Shown one piece after another: positions 21,238 to 29,913 of a stretch of 64,000 nucleotides of DNA; position 1 is the stretch's first letter, and every line of letters begins with the position of its first letter. Source of the DNA: a bacterium (GTDB taxonomy: Bacteria; Zhuqueibacterota; Zhuqueibacteria; Residuimicrobiales; Krinioviventaceae); contig CAXXMD010000003.1 in the NCBI GenBank assembly GCA_963675755.2, positions 320,001 to 384,000 of the forward strand. The letters are read 5' to 3'. The notes under the pieces are model-generated. The model was not told the DNA's origin and searched no databases. It saw nothing but the letters and a program-made list of their open reading frames with translations. Position numbers and translations under genes: made by a program.

Positions 21238-22149
21238 CGCAACGGAGAACACTGCGTTCATCTCCGTTGCGATCATTTTTTTATTTGTAATCAACGATTA
21301 CAAAAAGGATCAGTATCTACAAGCGTCCTTATGAATATTTTCAAGCTATAAGAACATGCACCAAGCAATCCCAAAGATCGTGACGGAGTTAAGCGATAGC
21401 GTTCTCCGTCACGGGAAACTCGATCTCTTGAGTGATCCATACTAGTAAAACCAGAAACATCTTGCGCAACGGAGAACACTGCGTTCATCTCCGTTGCGAT
21501 CATTTTTTTATTTGTAGTCAACGATTACAAAAAGGATCAGTATCTACAAGCGTCCTTATAAATATTTTCAAGCTAAAAGAACATGCCCAAGCAACCCAAA
21601 AGATCGTGACGGAGTTAAGCGATAGCGGTCTCCGTCACGTATATCCTACTTTCTGGAGTGATCCATACTTATAAAATCAGAAACAATCACACGCAACGGA
21701 GAACACTGCGTTCATCTCCGTTGCGATCATTTTTTTATTTGTAGTCAACGATTACAAAAAGGATCAGTATCTACAAGCGTCCTTATAAATATTTTCAAGC
21801 TAAAAGAACATGCCCAAGCAACCCAAAAGATCGTGACGGAGTTAAGCGATAGCGGTCTCCGTCACGTATATCCTACTTTCTGGAGTGATCCATACTTATA
21901 AAATCAGAAACAATCATACGCAACGGAGAACACTGCGTTCATCTCCGTTGCGATCTTTTTTTAGATCGTGACGGAGTTAAGCGCCAGCGATCTCCGTCAC
22001 GGAAATCCTGATTTTTTTGGTTGATCCATTATTGTAAAACCATGAACATCTTGCGCAACGGAGAACAGAACACTACGTTTATCTCCGTTGCGATCATTTC
22101 TTTTAGATAGTGACAAAGTTTAGCGTCAGCGGTCTCCGTCGCGGAAATC
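21238..22149 (+). repeat. Right BIME-like array of alternating B/A hairpins, 227-bp period
   Basis: B (CGCAACGGAGAACACTGCGTTCATCTCCGTTGCGATC) at 21238, 21465, 21692, 21919, 22054. A at 21376, 21602, 21829, 21964, 22106. Confidence 0.95.
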
Positions 22150-22296
22150 CGAATTCAGACAAAACAAGAATCCCCTTTGCGCCCTTGGCGTTTTCCCTGC
22201 GCCCCTTGCGTTTGGCAGTTTTTACATATTAACTATCAACAAAGCACAACCCTAATCTTACAATCCTATAAATCCCAATAATCTTAATTCAGACAA

Positions 22297-23178
22297 TTAC
22301 TCCGCATGCTCTGCACGGGTTTGATTGATCAATCCAAAAACTTCCTGATTAACATCCACATCTATATTATAATACAGCTCGTTAACAATATCCGGTCCCT
22401 CTCTGGTGAAAACCGCAGCATATACATCAAGACTATTCAAATCAATATAAACATCCGCAAAGTGGTCACCGCAATTGTGGGACTCGCACCCTTTCAGCAC
22501 CAGGAAACCATCCTGTATCGCTACTGGCATCTGTACACCAAATGCGGCTTTGAACGCGTCATATTGATCACCCATTATCTCTTTTAAATTATCTTCAACT
22601 CCTTCTACCTGCGCCAGCACTTCGTTAGGGTATTTGGATACATACCCCGCAAGCGTTTCCGCCGTCAAAGCCTCGGATTGGAGTTGAAACGGATCATCCT
22701 CGGTTTCCGTCAAGAATCCCTTTACATATTTCCAGCGGGATACCACCTGTCCCAGCTCATCACATTCCGCAATTTCAATCACATCACCAGAGCCTTCAAC
22801 ATACCCCTTGGTGATTCGGTAAAACCAGAATTCCAGTTCTCCCAGCATTTGATAAGAAGGATCATCATAAATGCCGATCAATCGCAATACCGGGGGACAA
22901 CAATTGCCGCCCTGGTGCTCTGAGATTATGATCACATCTTCATCACCATTCACTCCCGGGAAAAAGGCCTCAACCATGCCCATGCCATATTCCCCGTTAT
23001 TGATTTTGCAAACCTCCTGCGAATTGATTTTCACCAATAGGTTCATCCCATTGATTTCCGCAATCACGAATTCCCCGCCAATGGTATTGATTTTTACAGA
23101 ATCCTCAGCATACACACTGCTTGTATGAGGTACTATCCAAATCAAAAGAAATATAAAGCCCAATCTCCATGCTTTCAT
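22297..23178 (-). CDS. Secreted protein with C-terminal Ivy (lysozyme inhibitor)-like motif
   Basis: Signal peptide; GGNCCP motif; GCESHNCGD resembles the Ivy CKPHDCG loop. Confidence 0.55.
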   Translation of the reverse strand: MKAWRLGFIFLLIWIVPHTSSVYAEDSVKINTIGGEFVIAEINGMNLLVKINSQEVCKINNGEYGMGMVEAFFPGVNGDEDVIIISEHQGGNCCPPVLRLIGIYDDPSYQMLGELEFWFYRITKGYVEGSGDVIEIAECDELGQVVSRWKYVKGFLTETEDDPFQLQSEALTAETLAGYVSKYPNEVLAQVEGVEDNLKEIMGDQYDAFKAAFGVQMPVAIQDGFLVLKGCESHNCGDHFADVYIDLNSLDVYAAVFTREGPDIVNELYYNIDVDVNQEVFGLINQTRAEHAE

Positions 23179-23342
23179 GCAAAACTCCGGAAACAGTTGA
23201 TCATTTTTATGAATTTACAAAATTAATAAATCAAAAAACATGCCGATTTGGATAGCTTGTCGCGAAATATGATTAAAAGACAAAACGCAAAGTACGCCAA
23301 GAGGTTGCCAGGGACGCAGAGGAAAAGCTCATTTTGGAAATA

Positions 23343-23969
23343 GATCGTGACGGAGATTAGATAGTGACAAAGTTTAGCACCAGCAGTCTCAGTCACGAAA
23401 TTCTTTTTCCCTCTCGCCACCTACAACTACCCCACAACGATCGTGACGGAGATTAGCGCCAGCGGTCTCCGTCACGGAAATCCTGATTTTTTTGGTTGAT
23501 CCATTATTGTAAAGCCATGAACATCTTGCGCAACGGAGAACACTGCGTTCATCTCCGTTGCGATCATTTCTTTTAGATCGTGACGGAGATTAGCGCCAGC
23601 GGTCTCCGTCACGGGATATCCTGATTTCTTGAATGACCCACATTTTTAAATCAAAATACCTTGCGCAACGGAGAACACTACGTTCATCTCCGTTGCGATC
23701 ATTTCTTTTAGATCGTGACGGAGTTAAGCACCAGCGGTCTCCGTCACGGAAATCCTGATTTTTTTGGTTGATCCATTATTGTAAAACCATGAACATCTTG
23801 CACAACGGAGAACACTGCGTTTATCTCTGTTGCGATCATTTCTTTTAGATAGTGACAGAGTTTAGCACCAGTAGTCTCAGTCACGAAATCATGTAATCCT
23901 GTAATCTTTTAATCCTTTTAATCATGGTTCAGATCGTGACAGAGTTTAGCACCAGCAGCCTCCGTGGCG
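23343..23969 (+). repeat. Third A/B REP cluster (~136-bp alternating units)
   Basis: Half A at 23343. A at 23360, 23439, 23576, 23711, 23848, 23932. B at 23529, 23664, 23801. Confidence 0.93.
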
Positions 23970-24100
23970 AAATCATGTAATCCTGTAATCTTTTAATCCT
24001 TTTAATCATGGTTAAAAAATATTATCAGGGTCTCTAACTTTTTCCTTGTACTCTAGTCTGTTTTTTCGTTTCTTAATGAAAAACAATGGAGAGATAAAAC

Positions 24101-25351
24101 ATGTATTCCTCAGAAATAGCAAGCAAACCCAAACCCTCAAAAGCTTACAGATGGACCGTACTGATTTTTATCAGCATGGCCATGTTTGGCAATTACTATA
24201 TCTATGACAGCATCAGTCCCCTGGCGGACGTACTCAAAGCGCAGCTCGGTTTTACAGATAGCAACATCGGGCTTTTAAACGCAATTTACAGCCTGCCCAA
24301 TATCCTCATGGTACTGATCGGGGGCATTATTATTGATTTTATCGGTACAAAAAAAGCATCATTTCTGTTTGCTGCCCTCTGTCTCACAGGCGCTATTGTG
24401 ACAGTATCCCACGGATCTCTTGCGGTAATGGCCACAGGCAGATTAATTTTTGGTCTGGGCGCGGAATCGCTCATCGTTGCCGTCACCACAGTTATTGCAA
24501 AATGGTTCAAAGGCAAAGAACTGGGATTCGCAATGGGTATAAACCTAACCATATCACGCCTGGCTACCTTTGCCGCGCTCAACTCTCCCACAATTGCCAA
24601 ACCACTGTATGTCAATTGGCAGTATCCTCTTCTAATTGCTGTTGGAGCGGGTGTTATCTCGGTATTATCCGTTATCATATACTTTTCACTTGAATCCAAA
24701 GCAGAGAGATTATATCACCTGGGTGAAGCAGAAGAAGTGGACAAGATCAATATCAAGACCATGTTTAAAATGAATCCCTCTTTTTGGTTCATTACTTTAT
24801 TGTGTGTTACATTCTATTCAGCAATTTTTCCGTTCCAGACCTTTGCTGTCAAGCTGTTCATGGAACAGCATGGTCTCACCCGAGAGCTGGCAGGCTTCAC
24901 ATCCAGCATCATCACATTTGCGTCTATGGTTATGACCCCCTTGTTTGGACTGCTAATCGACAAAGTCGGCAAACGCGCAAGTTTAATGATGTTTGGTTCA
25001 ATACTACTGGTTCCAGTTTATCTGCTGCTGGTCTACACTTCCCTCCCGCCCATGGTCCCAATGGCTTTAATGGGTATTGCATTCTCGCTCGTACCTGCTG
25101 CCATGTGGCCCGCGGTTGCTCTGATTGTAGAATCCAATCGTCTGGGTACGGCATATGGACTCATGACCATGATCCAGAACATCGGTTTATTCGGGTTCAA
25201 TATGGTTATAGGCTATGCAAATGATTTTTCCGGCGGCTATACTGCGGGAATGTGGATTTTCTCCATTCTTGGTTTTGCAGGAATGCTTTTCGCGTGGCTG
25301 CTGAAACGCGCGGATGAACAACACAATAATGGCGCACTTGAAAGTGCTTGA
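24101..25351 (+). CDS. MFS transporter (MFSD1-like family)
   Basis: 12 TM, GRLIFGLGAES, AKWFKGKELGFAMG, LIDKVGKR. Confidence 0.9.
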   Translation: MYSSEIASKPKPSKAYRWTVLIFISMAMFGNYYIYDSISPLADVLKAQLGFTDSNIGLLNAIYSLPNILMVLIGGIIIDFIGTKKASFLFAALCLTGAIVTVSHGSLAVMATGRLIFGLGAESLIVAVTTVIAKWFKGKELGFAMGINLTISRLATFAALNSPTIAKPLYVNWQYPLLIAVGAGVISVLSVIIYFSLESKAERLYHLGEAEEVDKINIKTMFKMNPSFWFITLLCVTFYSAIFPFQTFAVKLFMEQHGLTRELAGFTSSIITFASMVMTPLFGLLIDKVGKRASLMMFGSILLVPVYLLLVYTSLPPMVPMALMGIAFSLVPAAMWPAVALIVESNRLGTAYGLMTMIQNIGLFGFNMVIGYANDFSGGYTAGMWIFSILGFAGMLFAWLLKRADEQHNNGALESA

Positions 25352-25419
25352 TTTTTCAGGATTATTTAACGGTTAAATTTGTTGTAAATATGATAATATA
25401 AAAACAAACGGAAATACAA

Positions 25420-25833
25420 TTGCCTCTGGTATATGTCACACGAAAAGTGCATTTTAATGCAGCCCATCGCCTGCATACGAACAATCTGAGCGAGCAGGAA
25501 AACGAAAACCTGTACGGGCAGTGCAATAATCTTTATGGCCATGGCCACAATTACGAGCTGGAAGTCACTGTTCGCGGTGAACCGGACCCTGTAACCGGCA
25601 TGGTGATTGATCTCAAAGAGCTCAAAGATATTCTTCAAGAACGTGTTGTCAAGGTCATGGACCATAAACACCTCAATCACGATGTGGAAATCATGCGGGG
25701 AATTGTTCCCACTGCAGAAAATATTGCGATTGTGATCTGGCAGCAGTTAGCAGACCATATACCCATCGGCACATTGTACGAAGTAAAGCTGTATGAAACG
25801 CCAAGAAATATGGTTATATACAGAGGAGAATAA
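25420..25833 (+). CDS. 6-pyruvoyl-tetrahydropterin synthase, PTPS-II type
   Basis: [18 protein letters not shown] (C-x5-HGH), TGMVID, PTAENIA, ETP. Confidence 0.88.
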   Translation: MPLVYVTRKVHFNAAHRLHTNNLSEQENENLYGQCNNLYGHGHNYELEVTVRGEPDPVTGMVIDLKELKDILQERVVKVMDHKHLNHDVEIMRGIVPTAENIAIVIWQQLADHIPIGTLYEVKLYETPRNMVIYRGE

Positions 25834-25837
25834 ACAT

Positions 25838-26401
25838 ATGGCAAAAACAATCAAGGATTCCGTTCACGATATTTTGGAGATCATTGGTGAAGATCCACAG
25901 CGGGAAGGGCTGATCAAAACCCCCAAACGGGTTGAGAAATCTTATGAATACCTTACCCGTGGTTACAACATGGATATCGATCAAGTTGTTAACGAAGCTA
26001 TTTTTAAAGAAGATTGTGAAGAAATGGTTGTTGTACGGAACATTGAATTTTATAGTCTTTGCGAACACCACATGCTGCCCTTTTATGGGAAATGCCACGT
26101 GGCTTACCTGCCAAAGGGAAAAATCATTGGTTTGAGCAAGATCCCAAGAATAGTTGACATGTATGCACGTCGATTGCAGGTACAGGAGCGTATGACCCGC
26201 CAGATTGCCGAAACCATTCAAAGCATTCTCAAGCCGTATGGAGTGGCCGTCATTGCAGAAGGCAAGCATCTTTGCATGATGATGCGCGGAGTAGAAAAAC
26301 AAAACAGTTTTGTTACCTCAAGCACCATGCTGGGCGGATTCAAAAACGACCGGGTAACCCGTATGGAACTGTTGAACCTGCTACAAACAAGGATAGATTG
26401 A
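25838..26401 (+). CDS. folE: GTP cyclohydrolase I
   Basis: [45 protein letters not shown] 25838 after GAGGAG. Confidence 0.97.
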   Translation: MAKTIKDSVHDILEIIGEDPQREGLIKTPKRVEKSYEYLTRGYNMDIDQVVNEAIFKEDCEEMVVVRNIEFYSLCEHHMLPFYGKCHVAYLPKGKIIGLSKIPRIVDMYARRLQVQERMTRQIAETIQSILKPYGVAVIAEGKHLCMMMRGVEKQNSFVTSSTMLGGFKNDRVTRMELLNLLQTRID

Positions 26402-26402
26402 T

Positions 26403-27122
26403 ATGATCTCTAGCACGCTCAAAAAACAAATAGCCTGGATCACTGGCAGCGGACGTGGTATTGGCAAAAGTATTGCTCAGGAACTGGCAGTAAACGGTGT
26501 CAAGGTGGTTGTATCGTCCCGCACTAAAGCAGAAATCGAATCTGTAGCACAACAAATTAACGAAAATGGCGGCAGTGCCCTTGCCATCCAATGCGATGTA
26601 ACACAAAAACAGCAGGTAAAAGAGCTCGTAGATCAGGTAAAACAGCAATGGGGTGACATAGATATTCTCGTCAACAATGCGGGCATTGTCTATTTTGCCA
26701 AAATTATTGATTATGATGAACAAAAATGGGACGAGTTGATGAATACCAACCTGAAATCCGCTTTTCTCTGCAGCCAGGCAGTATTGCCGGGTATGATTAA
26801 AAAGCAATCGGGGCATATCATCAACGTAGTATCTGTTGCGGGTAAACAGGCGTTTCCCAATAATGCGGGATATTGCGCGTCAAAGTATGGTATGCTGGGA
26901 TTCACAGACGTGCTCCGCATGGAAGCCCGCAAACATAATGTCAAAGTTACCGCATTTCTACCCGGCGCAACGGATACAGAAATCTGGGGAAATGCCAATG
27001 TAGACCGATCAAAAATGCTGACTCCCAAACAGGCGGCAGAATGTGTACTGGCTATCTGCGGAAGCCATCCTGATGCACTGCCGGAAGAAGTGGTATTACG
27101 GCCCATTGGTGGAGATTTGTAA
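26403..27122 (+). CDS. SDR oxidoreductase, sepiapterin-reductase-like
   Basis: TGSGRGIG, NNAG, YCASK, C-terminal EEVVLRPIGGDL. Context next to PTPS and folE. Confidence 0.75.
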   Translation: MISSTLKKQIAWITGSGRGIGKSIAQELAVNGVKVVVSSRTKAEIESVAQQINENGGSALAIQCDVTQKQQVKELVDQVKQQWGDIDILVNNAGIVYFAKIIDYDEQKWDELMNTNLKSAFLCSQAVLPGMIKKQSGHIINVVSVAGKQAFPNNAGYCASKYGMLGFTDVLRMEARKHNVKVTAFLPGATDTEIWGNANVDRSKMLTPKQAAECVLAICGSHPDALPEEVVLRPIGGDL

Positions 27123-27137
27123 TATCGGGAGGTCTTT

Positions 27138-27830
27138 ATGCTAAAACTCACATTTTTAGGTCATTCCGCCTTTTTGATTGAATCAGACAAGGGCAATCTG
27201 GTTATTGATCCGTTTCTAAGTAATAATCCTGTAGCCGCAGCCCAGGCAAATGCAATCAAAGCGGATTATGTTCTGCTAACTCATGGTCATGGTGACCATC
27301 TGGGAGACGGGCTAAAAATCGCAAAAGCCAATAATGCAACCATAATCGCGCCCAATGAACTGGCAGTCTATTGTCAAAAAAAAGGATACAATGCTCACCC
27401 CATGCACATTGGTGGTGCATTTAATTTCCCATTTGGTCGGGTTAAACTCACCATTGCCCACCACGGTTCAGGAACCGATCTGGGTGGTGATGCGTTAACC
27501 TATATGGGCAATCCCTGCGGATTTGTCATTACCATCAATGGCAAAAACATTTATCACGCGGGTGACACGGGACTTTTTATGGATATGCAGCTCATCGGCA
27601 AACTGAACAAGCTGGATGTGGCCCTGCTGCCAATTGGTGACAATTTCACCATGGGTATTGATGATGCCGTAATAGCAGCAGAATTCCTGAATCCCGGTCT
27701 GGTTGTGCCCATGCACTATAATACTTTTGATGTCATCAAGGTAAATCCGGAAGATTTTAAACACAAAGTGGAAGCTAAAAACATAAACGTATTAATCATG
27801 AATCCCGGAGACGTAACAAGTTTAACTTGA
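27138..27830 (+). CDS. Metallo-beta-lactamase fold hydrolase (UPF0173)
   Basis: LGHS, IDPF, THGHGDH, YHAGDT, PIGD.FTM, PMHY. Confidence 0.92.
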   Translation: MLKLTFLGHSAFLIESDKGNLVIDPFLSNNPVAAAQANAIKADYVLLTHGHGDHLGDGLKIAKANNATIIAPNELAVYCQKKGYNAHPMHIGGAFNFPFGRVKLTIAHHGSGTDLGGDALTYMGNPCGFVITINGKNIYHAGDTGLFMDMQLIGKLNKLDVALLPIGDNFTMGIDDAVIAAEFLNPGLVVPMHYNTFDVIKVNPEDFKHKVEAKNINVLIMNPGDVTSLT

Positions 27831-27987
27831 TAGATTTTCAAGAGTTTAGTATATTTCTTGTTCGCAACTTTTACCTTTTTTTGGTACAAGTATTGCTATA
27901 GCAAGGGTAGCTCGAAAGTGAGATGTCCGCATATTGCTTTCATGCTGCCCTTTTTTAACACATGGATTCCCAATACAGGAAAATAAT

Positions 27988-29895
27988 TTGAAAAGGACCC
28001 GATTTGTAATACTGTTCACGTTTTTCATTATAACCGGACTGTTTGCAGAAACCGTCAAATGGGGCGTTCCCATTATGCCGGTCAACGAGATCAAGCCGGG
28101 CATGACAGGCACAGGGTACACTGTTTTTTATGGTAACGAGATCGAAGAGTTTGGATTCAAAGTTATTGAAATTGTAGAAAATTTTTATCCCAAACGCGAT
28201 CTTGTTCTGGTGGAATTGACCGGAGAAAAAGCCAGAAAAAACGGAGTGGTCAGTGGTATGAGCGGCAGCCCAACCTACATTGACGGTAAACTTGTGGGTG
28301 CGCTGGCATTACGCTTTGGCATGTTTATGAAAGATCCCATTGGCGGCATTATGCCCATAGAACAAATGACTGAAATTGATCAGCACGAGTCTGCAAGAGC
28401 TCAGGAAACCACTGCATCGGCTGCACTTTTACCGGATTATATTACAACCACTCTTTGCGGTGCAGACGATTCATTCTGGCAGCAAGTGACCAGCGGTCTT
28501 GAACAGACTTTGCCGGATATGGGTGGAAATTCTATGACCCAGATCAGCTCACCCCTGGTATTTTCGGGATTCGATTCCAGACTGGTTTCGCAGTTTAGTT
28601 CCCAGTTTGAGTCTCTTGGCTTTAATGTAGCTTCCGGTGGTACTTCTGGCAGCAATAAAACCGACGATTCTCCCCTGGTTCCCGGTGCCGCAGTAGCACA
28701 AATATTTATCAATGGAGATATGGGTATTGAATCCACTGGCACGGTAACAGCGGTTGATGATAATAAACTGCTGGCCTTTGGGCATTATGTTTTTAATCTG
28801 GGACCGGTAAATCTGCCAATGGCAAAAGCCAAAATATTAGCAACGCTGCCCAGTGAAATGGGATCAACCAAAATGGCTGCTTCTACTGAAATTGTAGGCG
28901 CCTTTCGTCAGGACCGGCTCACGGGTGTTTATGGAGACATGAATGTAACCCCGCGTACCATCCCTATAGAACTGAATTTTGAGCAGCTTTCCGGAGCAAA
29001 AACAGATTATCACTTTAATATGGCAGATGATCCGGCAATGAACAACATTATGCCGCTTTTCCTGCGTATTGCGCTGATCCAGGCCCTCACTGCAGGACGT
29101 TTATCCGGCAGTTTGAATTCCATGTATCTCAACAGCACTATAGAATTTTCAGATGGGACCCATCTAAAATTAAACGACTTTTTTTCTACGCGCCAGCGTT
29201 TTGGTTTTATGGCTTCGGGCACAGATGCCAACAGTACCAGCGATCTCATTGCTTCCGCATTGGGTGCCTTGATGGTTAATGATTTCGAATCCCCCTACAT
29301 CAAATCCATCAACATCAATACTCGTGAAGTAGCGGGTGAACGCATTGCCAGAATCAAAAACATTTGGCAGAACAAGAATATTGTATCTCCCGGTGATACA
29401 CTGACATTTTCAATCGAACTGGAAACAACCAAAAATAAAGATATTAAAATCCAGCGTTCATTCCCTATCCCCAAAAACCTGGATGCCCGCAACCTCACTA
29501 TTTTAGTATCAAGCGGCCCGACTTTGACTAATTATGAAATTCAGACCAATCGCAATAAATTCATACCTGTGGATTTTCCACACCTGGTGTCGATCATTGA
29601 AAACAGAAGAATGAATGATCATCTGTATCTGCAAATACAAATGCAGGACAAGGGATTAGTGCTGGAAGGTGAAGAACTGACAGCATTGCCGCCATCGGTA
29701 ATGGATATAATGAGCACAATCAAAACAAACGGTTCAAGCCAAAACACCGGCAACCGTATTTTGCATGAAGAATCGATAAAAACGGATTATGTTATAGCCG
29801 GAGCCAAGCGGCTTGTAGTTAAAATCAAACAACCGCCAAAAGCAACATATCCGGATCCCGATGAAGAGCAGCCCGCACAACCGACATACTGGTAA
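27988..29895 (+). CDS. Secreted SpoIVB-type peptidase S55 domain protein
   Basis: PGMTGTGYTVF, GVVSGMSGSP.YIDGKLVGA, LAFGH. TTG start at 27988 after AGGA gives a clean signal peptide. Confidence 0.85.
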   Translation: MKRTRFVILFTFFIITGLFAETVKWGVPIMPVNEIKPGMTGTGYTVFYGNEIEEFGFKVIEIVENFYPKRDLVLVELTGEKARKNGVVSGMSGSPTYIDGKLVGALALRFGMFMKDPIGGIMPIEQMTEIDQHESARAQETTASAALLPDYITTTLCGADDSFWQQVTSGLEQTLPDMGGNSMTQISSPLVFSGFDSRLVSQFSSQFESLGFNVASGGTSGSNKTDDSPLVPGAAVAQIFINGDMGIESTGTVTAVDDNKLLAFGHYVFNLGPVNLPMAKAKILATLPSEMGSTKMAASTEIVGAFRQDRLTGVYGDMNVTPRTIPIELNFEQLSGAKTDYHFNMADDPAMNNIMPLFLRIALIQALTAGRLSGSLNSMYLNSTIEFSDGTHLKLNDFFSTRQRFGFMASGTDANSTSDLIASALGALMVNDFESPYIKSININTREVAGERIARIKNIWQNKNIVSPGDTLTFSIELETTKNKDIKIQRSFPIPKNLDARNLTILVSSGPTLTNYEIQTNRNKFIPVDFPHLVSIIENRRMNDHLYLQIQMQDKGLVLEGEELTALPPSVMDIMSTIKTNGSSQNTGNRILHEESIKTDYVIAGAKRLVVKIKQPPKATYPDPDEEQPAQPTYW

Positions 29896-29913
29896 ATAAA
29901 AAAGGAATACTGA

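Noticed and set aside
19442-21674. Short ORFs within the repeat arrays (19442, 19804, 20086, 20291, 21291, 21432)
   Set aside because: Translations of repeat DNA; unit lengths 79 and 227 are not multiples of 3; no RBS.
25420-25833. queD (queuosine pathway)
   Set aside because: C-x5-HGH spacing, no queC/E/F nearby, and an adjacent SPR-like SDR favour PTPS-II.
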